Shown here in pieces: positions 39,536 to 53,470 of a stretch of DNA of 64,000 nucleotides. The position numbers were made by a program, and so were the translations under genes. This DNA comes from Eledone cirrhosa. Lineage: Eukaryota. The notes below the pieces were generated by a model that was not told where the DNA came from, ran no database searches, and was given only the letters and a program-made list of their open reading frames with translations. The stretch is taken from contig OZ024750.1 in the NCBI GenBank assembly GCA_964016885.1, positions 14,880,001-14,944,000 of the forward strand. Direction: 5' to 3'. The stretch's first letter is position 1. Every line of letters begins with the position of its first letter.

Positions 39536-39736
39536 TTAAGAATCAGCCTAATCTTCATATCATCAGCATCATTGTCATCATGATCATAAATTCTCCACCT
39601 CTCATATTTTATATAACAAGCAAGTTGGGGAGAAGGCGAACTAGCTTAGTTTTGAAACCACGATTCTATGACAGTTTTTAAAACTTTCTCTCATATCCTT
39701 TTGCCATAGAAATGTATACATACTCTGACTATAGAA

Positions 39737-41400
39737 CAGTGGTTCTCAATCTTTTCGACTACGTGGCGTACAGGAGTTCAAATAAAAATATAATTGGCAC
39801 ACCTCGTTTGGAAAGTTAAAAAATGATGTTTTGAAGTTAAAAAATTTAGAAATGATGCAGAAAACTATCGCTTACCATGTTGTATCAATGATGCTTATGT
39901 GACACATAAGATTGATGTTCTTCGATGAAGTTTTCAATGTTCGATAAAATGTGTGATAAACAGAACCATTTTTTCTTCTATGCGTTTATTTTCATTTTAT
40001 TTGCTCTGTGAAGAAAATCTTAATTCACATAAATATGGTGCTGAAAACTGAATCAAAGTAGACAAAAACCTTTTGATTGAAAACCGAAGCATTTTAAGAG
40101 ACAGCTTTTTTATATTCGATTTTTAGTCACAACTACTGGTTATAGAAGCTAATTTTGTTTCAGATTATTACAAACAACAGTTAGAATTTCTAAGAAATAG
40201 TTTCAAATCCAATCATATTCTTTCCTGCTTAGTAGTGGAAAATAAGAGCTACTCTCCTCTTCCAGAGCTGTCAGATGCTCAACAACGATACAAGTAATTT
40301 CTTTTAATAAAATACCATCTCTAGCTTTTCTTTACCAAATTATTTTTACGCTAATGTGCCTGTACACTTGAGGATATTTTCATTTTTACATTGCATATTT
40401 CTGTTCAGGCACTAAAATACGCTTATACAATATTCCAGGTTAGAAATCCAAAATTTACATTGAAGATATTTACAAAAATATTTTTGATCTACTTCTTCAC
40501 AAAAATGCAAACTCCTTTTGGAGTTCATTTACACGACAGAGCAACATTCTATTCAGCATGTAAACATAGGAATCCATGTTGTGAGTCCATGTCAATATGA
40601 ATCTTTTCAAACAGATGAGTCTTTAATAGTTCACTTTTAGATCATGTCTACGTAGTTAATTATAACATTAACCATTTCAATATTTAGATCTAAAATATAG
40701 TTCAACTCATCCGCTTATGCTTTTGTTATCAAATTTTCTCTATGTATTTTCTCTTTTACACGTGCTGTAATTTTTTTATAGAGGCTAACATATAATCAAC
40801 TCCATCGGTAGAAATACCAATATATGACTTCCATGATAATTCCCATTTTCAAGGTAGTCATTTAAAATATGAAAAATGTCTTTATCTTTTATTGTGCTTG
40901 GCATTTCTTTGCTATAGAAACTGATTTACAAAGAAATGAATGAATACTAATAATAACTGCACTTTGTTGGTAAAGTTTCTTGACATTTGCAAGTTGATGA
41001 AGCTTGCAAATCGAAGTGGAAATATGGAAGCTTATCACGGCATATCCTCTATCTCAGCAGACATGCATTTTCGTTGATGTCAGTAGACATTGCAAAATAT
41101 GCCCACGCATGTGAGAGAAAAAATATACTTATTTCTTGTTCTGCTTCATCTCTTAGTATTGCTTAAACAATCTTCCTATCTGCAGACAAAATGAATGACT
41201 TAGTCAAAGTATGACTTCATTTTTGTACTTCAATTTCTGATATTTCCTAAGAAACAATTGGAGCCATTTCAGAAGTTTTTATACGTTTTAGGATATTTGC
41301 CTGTTGTGTTAGTTTTAACAATTCTCTAAAATAATATGAATTTTTTCATAAAAGCATTTAGATTTGAAACATCTATTTGATTTTCTAGTAGACTGTGATT
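39737..41400 (-). mobile_element. Decayed hAT (Charlie/Buster-type) DNA transposon
   Basis: Terminus CAGTGGTTCTCAA; minus-strand remnants STDGVDYM (TDGAxxM) and FSAPYLCELRFS (hAT dimerisation motif); far end not located. Confidence 0.7.
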
Positions 41401-41623
41401 CATTTGACATTTTATATCATATCCACATATATAACACAGTGTTGAAGGATGATTTGATTCCAGGTTAAGAACATACAAAACTTAAATAACTTTCGCCGTA
41501 TTTGCGATCAGATAGAGTATTAACACTACAGATATAAAAGTATGTTGTATTTCAAGTATGCTTACGATTCGGTTTATACTTATTTCAACATAAACGTGAA
41601 TTTGTTCTTTATTTTCTTTCCAG

Positions 41624-41762
41624 AATGCTTTTGCCATCAACAGAGAAACTGGGGAAATTAGCTTAAAGATGAAGCTGTACCATAGTCAGGTCGCTACAAT
41701 TTTATTTGAAGTCCAAGCTAGGGATTTGAATGCTGAGGGGAACAGCAATCAACTTAAAACAG
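41624..41762 (+). CDS. Cadherin exon 13 (NAFAINRETGEI...VQARDLNAEGNSNQLKT)
   Basis: ttccag/gtaaag; FxINxxTGEI motif. Confidence 0.93.
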
Positions 41763-41811
41763 GTAAAGACAAGGAATTTTGTTTTCTTAACCACGACGAC
41801 GATTACCGCTG

Positions 41812-41883
<72 letters not shown>

Positions 41884-41993
41884 GCTATTATCATCATCGT
41901 CATCATCATCATCTTTATATATAAGCAGTTTAGAAAAATATATATGAAGCTTTTAATAAAACACTTGTTAAAATAATTTTTGTTTATTTACAG

Positions 41994-42224
41994 CTCGTGT
42001 CGTGATAATTACAAAGTCTTCTCAACGAACAAGACCTTTCTTTTTACCGGAGATACCTGGTCAAACGAAAAAGATATTTAAATTAGAACTTCCAGAAGAT
42101 AAACAAGTAGGATTTTCTGTAACAGCTGTCCGAGCAAAAGATCCTACCAACGGTCAATTTGTACTTCAATATATTTTAGCACCCAGTAGTCAAAATCAAA
42201 ATTTTTTTAATATAACGAAAAATG
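41994..42224 (+). CDS. Cadherin exon 14 (RVVIITKSSQRTRPFF...LPED...AKDPTNG...FNITKN)
   Basis: ttacag/gtaggt; phases 1/1. Confidence 0.92.
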
Positions 42225-43002
42225 GTAGGTTGAATATGTTCTTATCAGTCTAGCTCATTTTCTTCTCTCTCTATTAGACTATTAGATAAAGAAACATTTT
42301 TCATGGTACTCCCCGTTTGGGTTTTTAGAGGTTGGTAGGTCTGATTTAATGTGTGCGTCTTTACTGAACACCGCTGATGATTTTACATAAGTCACATTTG
42401 AATAGAAATACAATTAGCCCACACAGTTTCTATTTAGGGCTAAATATCTGATAAACTAGTTGTACATTCTGTGTTCTCTATAAAAATATAAGTTGTATTA
42501 CAATTCGTATTTGTATACGTATGCTTTCTCATATCGTGTTAAACATTCACTATTTTTTTTACTGATATATCCAAGGAAAGAAAATGAGCAATCGAAGAAA
42601 ATAGTGAAATGCTTTTAAAATAATAATATGTAATTAAAAGGTTTTGAAATTGGAAAATTTACGACAACTTATTTCATGATGCATTATCAAAATAAAAAAA
42701 AAGTTAATAAAATATCAACTTTACAAAAGGTATTAATTATTAAAAAAGAAAGAATTAAAAAAATGTTGAAACATTCATGAAACATTAATTTAACTGAAGA
42801 GATTTTATCCTGAACACTATTAATTAATTAACGTTAAATGATATTGAATAAATAAATTTTCTAAACGTGTATTTTATATTGGATACAATTTTATAGCTCT
42901 GTAATCTCTGAAGTATATCTCATTGAACAAGTGCGATAGGTAAAGAAAATTTTGTAAAGATATTAACCTTCCTTTGTATTTATATACAACAAAAATCTAT
43001 TG

Positions 43003-43151
43003 GATTGCAAGTATAACTATCCATTGCAAGTATAACTAACCATTGCAAGTATAACTATCCATTGCAAGTATAACTAACCATTGCAAGTATAACTAACCAT
43101 TGCAAGTATAACTATCCATTGCAAGTATAACTATCCATTGCAAGTATAACT
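43003..43151. repeat. 19-bp minisatellite (CCATTGCAAGTATAACTA(A/T))
   Basis: About 8 tandem units. Confidence 0.92.
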
Positions 43152-43374
43152 GCTTCAGTCATGTAATATGATATATCCATTTCGCCTAGGGCAAGATTTG
43201 AAAACAAATCTTTGACACCTTAATTATTTATTTGTATCAATACCCGTTTTACATTGTAATAATAGATAAAATTTAAAAAATCCTCACTATAAATTAGTTT
43301 TGAGTTCAAATCGAGATGCTGATATACAGTATTCTATTTAATTTGGCAAATATATAGAAGTTGGTTTTGCCTCT

Positions 43375-43620
43375 TAAATCTGTCCAGTGATTCTTTCCTG
43401 AGATATTCTAACTCCGAGTGCATAATATCGGTGCTGTGATCTCTCAATCTGGAGAAGTAACGATTCAACTTGGAGCAACCTTCTGATCTCCGGGATATGC
43501 ACTCTAGGACCCTTCAGAGAAACTCCATTTTGGCTGTTTGTATTCGCGATTGTATTCTTTCGGTCATTATCCAAAATTCAGGTAAGGGTTGGTATGAATA
43601 CAGAATTGAAGATAGCAAGT
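43375..43620 (-). mobile_element. RTE-clade (Expander/Rex3-like) LINE fragment
   Basis: IRRLLQVESLLLQIERSQHRYY resembles the RTE C-terminus. Confidence 0.6.
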
Positions 43621-43715
43621 TTGGTTAGTCACAATATTTAGCGGAAAATCTTAATTGAAACAAATGAAATAATATATTACTAATACTATGAACCAATCCT
43701 TCTTTATAATTGTAG

Positions 43716-43879
43716 GTGAAGTTATTCTTATAAAAAAACTTGACTATGAAAATAAGAACAATTCAAACCCATTGAAGTTTGATATAATGGCTATTGCTGA
43801 CCCTCAACGTAATGCAACAGCAGGGGTGGAGATTACTATAAAAGACATTAACGACAACGTACCCGTGTTCCAACAAGAT
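43716..43879 (+). CDS. Cadherin exon 15 (EVILIKKLDYEN...KDINDNVPVFQQD)
   Basis: ttgtag/gttagt; LDYE and DINDNxP motifs. Confidence 0.95.
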
Positions 43880-44003
43880 GTTAGTATTTCAGTCTGTCTG
43901 CCTCTCTTCCCCCTCCCTCTCCCCATATGTATATATTATCACATGTTTATATCTATAGTCTTCTAAATATATGTAAGTACACAAACCGTTATGTATAGGT
44001 CTC

Positions 44004-44095
<92 letters not shown>

Positions 44096-44220
44096 CAAGA
44101 CATGATCACCTGACCTGACATTGCCCACAACAGGACAACCCGCCTAACCCATGCCAGCGTGGAAGAATGGATGTAAAACGGTAATGATGATGATGATGAT
44201 ATATATATATATATATATAT

Positions 44221-44405
44221 AAGTTTATCCCGGGTTCAATCAGGGTTAACCACAGTAAGGTACTCAATACAAAGCAGAGTATAAATATTTAATTTCGAAA
44301 AGCTTCTACAGGACTAGAACTGTTTCATTCGTGAGAAATCATCAGGGCTTCCTGATAATTTCTCACGAATGAAACAGTTCTAGTCCTGTAGAAGCTTTTC
44401 TAAAT

Positions 44406-44450
<45 letters not shown>

Positions 44451-44627
44451 GAGATTCTACAGGACTAGAACTGTTTCATTCATTAGAAATCATCAGGAAT
44501 CTGATGATTTCTAATGAATGAAACAGTTCTAGTCCTGTAGAATCTCTTCTATATTAAAACTGTTATACTCTGCTATGTATTGAGTACCTTACTTACTGTG
44601 GTTACCTCCGATTCAACCCGGAATAAC

Positions 44628-44628
<1 letters not shown>
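44221..44628. mobile_element. Two fold-back PLE-like (family P1) units in (TA)n carrying four hammerhead cores
   Basis: Palindromes 44284-44412 and 44445-44553; each arm reads CTGATRA-TTTC..GAAT-GAAA-CAG..CTG-TA. Confidence 0.75.
44452..44502 (-). ncRNA. Type I hammerhead ribozyme motif (intact copy)
   Basis: Minus strand GATTC-CTGATGA-TTTCTAATGAAT-GAAA-CAG-ttctagtc-CTG-TA-GAATC; stem I covaries with the 25700 copy. Confidence 0.75.
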
Positions 44629-44672
<44 letters not shown>

Positions 44673-44682
44673 TGTTTGTGTG

Positions 44683-44718
<36 letters not shown>

Positions 44719-44731
44719 TGTTTGTGTGTGA

Positions 44732-44769
<38 letters not shown>

Positions 44770-45374
44770 TTATGTATGTTAGATATATACCTTAGGGTTT
44801 GAAATGTATATATTTTCTATATATATATATGTAATACCTAGTATATCTTGCCCCCCCCCCCCTTCCCGTTATTTTTCTTCTTTCTTTCTCTCTCTTTTTT
44901 AAATATTTCTTTCTTTTCTTTTGTTTACCCTTTTAACAAATTTTTCTTACCAAATTTTATTTTAAAAATAAACACCTATTTACTGAATGAAATTGTTATT
45001 GGCATTTGATTTCTAAGCACCTCATGCACAAACAACCGTATTTTCCATCCCACCATGACATAGCAACTTAATCCTCCTTGCATATTTTTTTGTAATAAAT
45101 TCACACTTGTTGACACCGACCACTATTAATTTCTTAAAATATATTATTAAGGTGTGATAGTTTGCTTGAAGAATTGTGGAATATGAAACTGAAAAGTAGT
45201 GTGTTTGTTTAGAAAGCCGTGAAATGCAAGAGGGTTAGATTACCAAGGTAACAAATCACAAGAATTGAGAAACAAGGCAAAAGTGAGAGAAGGAAAATAA
45301 AAGAAAGGGAAAATAGCTAAAATTTCTTCTTCTTCTCCCCCTTATTCTCGAGAGGGGTGTGGGGGGAAGAGTCC

Positions 45375-45670
45375 TCAAACACTCTTTCCAGCGGTTCCTG
45401 TCAGATAAACCCCAGCGGCCTTGCAACATTTAAGTTCTTTAACTGCTCTTGTGACCTCAGCCTCCAAGAGATTAGTCCCCGCTCCTAGATACACCTCGTG
45501 TACATCCAAAGATGCTGTTGTGATTGGGTTTAGGAGATCAGCAAAGTATTCTCTCCATCTCACGAGGATGCACCTCTCCGAAGAGAGGAGAACCCCAGAT
45601 GCATTCCTGATACCAGGTGTGGTGGAGTCCTTCTTATTATGAAGTCGGCGGATGGTCTGCCAGAACACGT
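45375..45670 (-). mobile_element. RTE-clade LINE ORF2 fragment
   Basis: FWQTIRRL...RWREYFADLLNP...EVTRAVKELKCCKAAG, the region just upstream of RT. Confidence 0.85.
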
Positions 45671-45871
45671 TATTTGCTGATCTGGAGTTGGTTTCCAGCT
45701 TAACAACAAAGTCCTTTGTAATTCAATATTCCAAAAATAGTTCGGATTAACCATCCATACATTGTCAAGGGAGGGGGACTTCGAAGAAGATTGGGAATTC
45801 TTTCCTGGTGGCTGTTATTTTTTTCTTTTTGAACGAAAAGAAAATGTCTAAATAAACTGATAGGAATTTTT

Positions 45872-46702
45872 AATCAACCAGGTATATCCTTGCCTTCCAT
45901 TGTTTCTCGTACTTAACTGCTTTTTTTTTAATCAACCAGGTATATCCTTGCCTTCCATTGTTTCTCGTACTTAACTGCTTTTTTTAAAATCAACCAGGTA
46001 TACATCCTTGCTTTCCATTGTTTCTCGTACTTAACTGGTTTTTTAAAAATCAACCAGGTATACATCCTTGCCTTCCATTGTTTCTCGTACTTAACTGCTT
46101 TTTTAAAAATCAACCAGGTATACATCCTTGCCTTCGATTGTTTCTCGTACTTAACTGCTTTTTTAAAAATCAACCAGGTATACATCCTTGCCTTCCATTG
46201 TTTCTCGTACTTAACTGGTTTTTTTAAAAATCAACCAGGTATACATCCTTGCCTTCCATTATTTCTCGTACTTAACTGCTTTTTTAAAAATCAACCAGGT
46301 ATATCCTTGCCTTCCATTGTTTCTCGTACTTAACTGCTTTTTTAAAAATCAACCAGGTATACATCCTTGCTTTCCATTGTTTCTCGTACTTAACTGGTTT
46401 TTTTAAAAATCAACCAGGTATACATCCTTGCTTTCCATTGTTTCTCGTACTTAACTGGTTTTTTAAAAATCAACCAGGTATACATCCTTGCTTTCCATTG
46501 TTTCTCGTACTTAACTGTTTTTTTAAAAATCAACCAGGTATACATCCTTGCTTTCCATTGTTTCTCGTACTTAACTGGTTTTTTAAAAATCAACCAGGTA
46601 TACATCCTTGCTTTCCATTGTTTCTCGTACTTAACTGGTTTTTTAAAAATCAACCAGGTATACATCCTTGCCTTCCATTGTTTCTTGTACTTAACTGCTT
46701 TT
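45872..46702. repeat. 60-bp minisatellite (AAAAATCAACCAGGTATACATCCTTGCCTTCCATTGTTTCTCGTACTTAACTGCTTTTTT), about 14 units
   Basis: Tandem array ending about 40 bp before the exon 16 acceptor. Confidence 0.96.
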
Positions 46703-46743
46703 ATATTCAATAAATTATTAATATTCTATGATATTTTATGCAG

Positions 46744-46890
46744 TCATATTCCTTCTCTGTGAAAGAAAGCACTCGATATCCAAACAACGTTGGCCAAGTA
46801 TTAGCAACTGATAATGACCAAGGAGAATTTAGTCAGATTATATACTCCCTCGAAGGTCTAAACCATGAAGATTTCAAAATTAAAGAATTC
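46744..46890 (+). CDS. Cadherin exon 16 (SYSFSVKES...LATDNDQGEFSQIIYSL...FKIKEF)
   Basis: atgcag/gtaagt; 49 codons. Confidence 0.95.
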
Positions 46891-46942
46891 GTAAGTAAAA
46901 TAAGTTTATTATTGTTTGAACCTATATTATTATCAGTATTGG

Positions 46943-47100
46943 AGTGGATTGGCAGTATCGGTAGAGGTTCGGACGCCATGCTTTGCAGCATAGAGTTACG
47001 GCCCTTTACAATCTGAGTTCAAATCCCGCCGAGGTTCACTTTGCCTTTCATCCTTACGGGGTCGATAAAATAAAGTACCAGTAATGCACTGCGATAATTG
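46943..47100 (+). mobile_element. SINE family A
   Basis: Head and core, tail truncated. Confidence 0.85.
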
Positions 47101-47239
47101 TTATTTCACTTTCTACAACCTCTTTCAATCTATTATTTTAAAAAGTACAAGCCACAAAATTCACATCACGTATCTTTCTCGCTTACCTGGAAAGCGAATT
47201 ACAAGTTACAATACCTTTTAGCTTTCCTCTATCAGTTTT

Positions 47240-47535
47240 ATAATAATAATAAAAATAATAATGAAATGATTGTGTACAGTGCTCAGGTGCACTACAATTC
47301 ATCAAAGGTGCATGTATAGTACATAGAATAATGTACAAATGTCATGAAAATGAACAGTGTATGAGTCATGAAATACATGTGTGCGTGTGCATGGAGGGGG
47401 GGGGGGCATCATGTGTAGTGTTGGCGAATCTCAGGAAGCATGGAAGTTTTAAAGGATGCAGTGTCCCAGCATTTAACAACTGATTCATGTAGTTTGTTCC
47501 ATGCTTCAGCAACTCTGAGCGTGAAAAAAGTTTTA
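47240..47535 (-). mobile_element. CR1-type LINE 3' end with (ATT)n tail
   Basis: FFTLRVAEAWNKL...ASFK; second copy at 56390-56605. Confidence 0.8.
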
Positions 47536-47635
47536 CAGTAAATGTTTATTGTTCAAGAAAATAATGCTTTCTTTATAATAATAATGCTTTCTTTAATTGT
47601 TCAAGAAAATAATACAAATTTTATTATTTTTACAG

Positions 47636-47755
47636 GGAGAAATAATTGTAAGCAGTACCGCAATTCTAAATTATGAAACCACAAAGAAATACGCACTTCT
47701 AGTAAGTGCAACGGACAATCCTTTAGGTCAGGTGAAAAAGAAATCAGTCGTTAAG
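47636..47755 (+). CDS. Cadherin exon 17 (GEIIVSSTAILNYETTKKY...ATDNPLG...VVK)
   Basis: ttacag/gtaaat; 40 codons. Confidence 0.92.
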
Positions 47756-47951
47756 GTAAATCATTCTTATATTTGATAGCACACAGACACCATTCTTTGC
47801 GGCGCTACGGCCCGTTACGTTCAAATTCCGCGTGTCAGAAAAATACAATTTCAAAAGAATAAACATATTTCATGGTTCTCTATAAACTTCCAGCAATCTT
47901 ATATTTTTCCGAATAATCGCAGAAATACCATGGACATTGCTAGAACATATA

Positions 47952-48144
47952 TAATTGTTTCTACTATTGGCACAGTACCAGCAATTAAAACAGTGTATTA
48001 CTGGTGCTTTATTTTATCGACCCCGTAAGGATGAAAGACAAAGTTAACCTCGGCGGGATTTGAACTCAGACCATAAAGGGACGTAACTCTATGCTGCAAA
48101 GCATGGCGTCTGACCATCTACCGATACTGTCAATTTCCCGCCCT
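47952..48144 (-). mobile_element. SINE family A (tail type 1)
   Basis: Reverse complement of the consensus. Confidence 0.85.
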
Positions 48145-48211
48145 TATAATACGTACACACAATACAACGACTTGTTCTTATATGGAAACACTTAAGCATA
48201 TACATGTAAAT

Positions 48212-48886
48212 CAGAGGTTCACAAAGTGGGCGCTACTGTCCCTTTGGGGGCATTGAAAAGATTCAGGGGACGCTGGGACCTAAGGAGGCGGTTGGGGGAG
48301 GCAATAGAGAGAGATGATATAATAGTATATTAAATATAAAATGATACATATATATAAATATTGTAAAGTAAAAAATATATAATATTTATTTATACATAGT
48401 ATATATTATATTATTTGTTATATATAAATTAACGATTTTATTTATTACCAGAATACTCGTGACCCGAAAAACCGTGTATCTCAGGAACCCATGGTCCGAT
48501 TTACGCGAAACTTGTTTTATTCCTTTGTATTCCCATTTCAGGGTTATGTTACTTTCGGAGTATTTTCCCAATATGCACCGTTTTGGCTATTTATGAAGGT
48601 ACTCAGAAAGCCCCATATCTCGGGAACCCGCGCTCTGATTTACGCGAAACTTGTTTTATTCGATTTGTATTCCCATTTCAGGGTCAACTTCCTTTCAAAG
48701 TGTTTTCCCATTATGCGCCCCTTTTGGCTGTATTACATTACAGACAAGCAAGCAATCACAGAGTTTTAGTAGTATATAGATATAGTATTTACAATTTGTA
48801 TGTCTCTCTGGAAATAGAAATGGGGTCACTGAGGGTATAAAATGGCCATAAGGCGGGTAGTGGCCGAAAATGTTTAAGAACTTCTA
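48212..48886. mobile_element. hAT-type MITE with 8-bp TSD
   Basis: Ends CAGAGGTTCACAAA and TTTAAGAACTTCTA; ATGTAAAT at 48204-48211 and 48887-48894. Confidence 0.8.
48448..48780 (-). mobile_element. Non-autonomous Helitron-like element nested in the hAT MITE
   Basis: Minus strand A|TC...CTGG|T termini, no TSD, internal tandem duplication of about 135 bp, homologue at 70-258. Confidence 0.65.
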
Positions 48887-49211
48887 ATGTAAATGAATAT
48901 GTAAATAAATACAATAATATATTAAGGTATATAAATACGAAGATATATGTTAATTTGTTACAGATAATAATTGTGGCAAAAGGCCAGCACAAGGCCATCA
49001 CAAGGCCATCACAAGGCCAGTACAAGGCCAGCAATTATCCCAGTGCATTACTTGTACTTTATTTTATCGACCCCGTAAGGATAAAAGGCACAGTAAACCT
49101 TTTGGCGGGGTTTGAACTCAGACTCTTTGCTGCAAAGCATGGCGTCTGAGATAATAATATACCACTAAACGTCACACATTTTACTCTTCAATATTTGTTG
49201 TTGCTTTTTAG

Positions 49212-49395
49212 CTGACGATTAATGTAATAGACGTAAATGATAATAAACCCGTGTTCAAACTACCACCGGAATACAACTTTACAGTTCTTGAAGACATCCT
49301 TGCTAATACATTTATTGGCAAAGTTACCGCTACAGATAAAGATTCTGGAAATAACGGAAAACTATCCTATTCTTTCAAATATTTTCAACCTGACG
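49212..49395 (+). CDS. Cadherin exon 18 (LTINVIDVNDNKPVF...VLED...ATDKDSGNNGKLSY...QPD)
   Basis: ttttag acceptor; weak gtattt donor, but phase 1 matches exon 19. Confidence 0.92.
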
Positions 49396-49504
49396 GTATT
49401 TATCATTTTCAAATAATACATTAATATACTAATACATTTGGCAACCTCTAGCGTTATTATATCTTTCTAAAACGGTCTAACCGGTAAAATGTAAGCATGT
49501 ATAT

Positions 49505-49935
49505 ATGTATGTATGTTCTTCTGGTTTTATAATTTCACAAACTTTTGCCAATAGAGAGAGAGAGAGAGTCGGTTTCTAACATAGACACAAGACTCTCATT
49601 GGAATTTACACAACATCAACTAGGTAGATATGTATGTATGCATGCATGTGTAGATATGGATGTTATTGAATGTGTGGATGTGTATGTTTTGAGTTGTATG
49701 TGTGCATGTGTATACGCTTTGTATCTGTACATGTGTATATGCAGTTATTAGATGCAAAAGTTTTGGAATGTTTTACATATTTTTTACTGTTCCATTAATG
49801 GATTGTACTTGTAATTTTCTAACAAGTTGTGTTCTTTCTGTTCCTGTGAAGTCCAGCTTCTCAAGATTTGTATTGAGGCAATTACTAACATATCCCAGTG
49901 CCCCAATAATCACAGGCATAAATCTGAAGGTATAA
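49505..49935 (-). mobile_element. R4/Dong-like non-LTR element 3' end
   Basis: PVIIGALGYVS..L..NLEKL....LQVQSINGTVK matches the REL-endonuclease clade C-terminus; ends in CATA repeats. Confidence 0.7.
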
Positions 49936-50499
49936 TTAGATGGAGTATGTATGTATGTATGTATGTATGTATGTATGTATGTATGTATGTATGTATGTAT
50001 GTATGTATGTATGTATGTATGTATGTATGTATGTATGTATGTATGTATGTGCAAATATACATATATATATATGTATATGCGCGGAGACATAGAAATAATC
50101 GGGCTGGATACCTGATCACGCGGTAAAACCACTGGGAGTGAAGGACCCCTAGCCTTTGTCAGGGCATTCTTCTAGGAAACTGGGATAACTCCGACATAAA
50201 ACCTGCGGCTCAGTAGTTACCGATGATGTTGATCTTTTCTTCTTTTCGGGTTATAGCTACTGTCGCTCAGAGAGTGGGATTGTATCAGTGCACAGTTTTT
50301 CCTCACTTTAAAAAATATCTTCACGCACAGGCATTGCACGATAGAAATGGCATATCGTGCAATGGCCATACTTGATAACGAGAGGACAGCCATCATGTAT
50401 GTATGTATGTATGTATGTATGTATGTATGTATGTATGTATGTATGTATGTTTGTGTGTATGTATGTATGTATGTATGTATGTATGTATGTATGTATGTA

Positions 50500-51630
<1,131 letters not shown>

Positions 51631-51649
51631 TATGCATACATACATACAT

Positions 51650-51729
<80 letters not shown>

Positions 51730-51776
51730 AAATTATTCTTATTTACGGGTTTATTTTCATATTTTCATATTTTCAG

Positions 51777-52006
51777 TAACACAGTATTTTAATATTAAAA
51801 AGGATACTGGGCAGATCGAAACAGCTATTGATTTCGCCGGTGTAAACAATTTACGCGACAGTTTCTCTTTCACTGTATGGGCATCAGATCAAGGAATCCC
51901 TGCTTTGTCGGCTTCGGCAACGGTTACAGTCACCATTAACTATTTAATCACAAAAGAGCCAAGGATTTCTAGACCATACCTCGGACAAAATGTAACAATT
52001 TATGAG
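51777..52006 (+). CDS. Cadherin exon 19 (TQYFNIKKDTGQI...ASDQGIPALSA...YLITKEPRI...TIYE)
   Basis: tttcag/gtatgt; AxDxGxPxLS motif. Confidence 0.94.
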
Positions 52007-52449
52007 GTATGTCTTTATTTATATCTTCTTCTTTTAGTCTCATAACTGTTGATAGAGCGGGAGGAGCATCGTAGTGGCATACAACGTTTCTTAGGCATTT
52101 TAAACCTGGCAGAGTCCACCCCTCTCCAGGTCGGAACACAGCAGATTTCTTCCAGAGAAGGATAGAAAGTGAGAATGAGGAAGTGAGAAAGAGATATAGA
52201 GGAAGAATCGACCCCAGTACTAGACTAGTGCTTTTTTTTTTATCAACCTTTAGATTAGATATTCTGTGGCTAATGGTAAATACTAGGTTTTTATACACTA
52301 CCTAATTGGCAGGGACTTGTTTTAGTTTCCCATTTGGCTTATGAAAGGTGCTGGTAAGAACCTCTGGTTCAATCTACAATTGTGAGGCACGGCCAGGCCG
52401 TCGTTTTAGTATATACCAGTGGCGTATTTGGGAAATCTATTCGTTATTA

Positions 52450-53040
52450 TTTTAACTATATATCTTCCAACCAGCGCTTATGTATGACCCTTTCAAGGTA
52501 TCAAATAGATCTTCTGATTCAGATTTCTTTACCCATATAGACCCATTGTTAAAAAAATTAACCCTATGGGCATGCTCTAAAACGTTAATTAATGATGATC
52601 TAGAAATAAAGGGGTAAAAGTCCGCTATGTCAAACAGAGAATCTGGTCCTACTTTTTGAGGGAATATTTCTGAATCACGAAATGATAGAACTGGTAGCAT
52701 ACCCTTGTAAAAGGTTCATACATTTATGTTTTCATATTTTCTTACCGACTAGTCCTAACATTTCTGACAGAATTCAGTAATCTACAGTTGGTGAAGACAG
52801 CTGGGGAAGACAGCTTTTTGGTCCTTCAGAGTGATAACGACTTAATGTTTGGTTAGACATTCAACCTTCATGTCAATTTTTAACTTTCTAGCAATAGATT
52901 TAGCTTTTTCATTTATATAATTATAGGAAACTATTGTAGAATTCTGATACTTATTTGTAATGTTATTTAGGATTAGTCGATAGTATCTATCTTCATTAAT
53001 TATTATCGAAGGAAACAACTGTGTTTCTAAAAGTATCTTG
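52450..53040 (-). mobile_element. Decayed Penelope-like reverse transcriptase
   Basis: Remnants LILNNITNKY, VITLKDQK, CRLLN, FDIADFYPFIS and FNNGSIWVKK...LFDTLKGSY occur in the order expected for PLE RT. Confidence 0.75.
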
Positions 53041-53360
53041 GTATTCTAGTTATACATACACACATGAATATATACAATGGAGTAAATAGAATAAGATCCA
53101 AACAAAGAAGAGTAAGTAAAGTCACTGAGAAGGTCACAAAATGTGTGACGAAAGAGCTTTCACAATTAAATATGACAATTATATAACCACCCGGTTAATA
53201 AACTAATCAAGGATTGCATTAGTTACCTAGTTACCTAAATAATAAATAATCATAAATGCTGAAGACATTTAAGTAATCTTTGCCCATTCGTAAAACACAT
53301 CTGATTGTTTTACGCAAAGTATAATTCCTGATATATATGTATATATAGTCCGCATTGGGC

Positions 53361-53470
<110 letters not shown>

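Noticed and set aside
45928-46713. Repetitive ORFs MYTWLIFKK... and NQPGIHPC...
   Set aside because: Translations of the 60-bp minisatellite, broken by unit-length indels.
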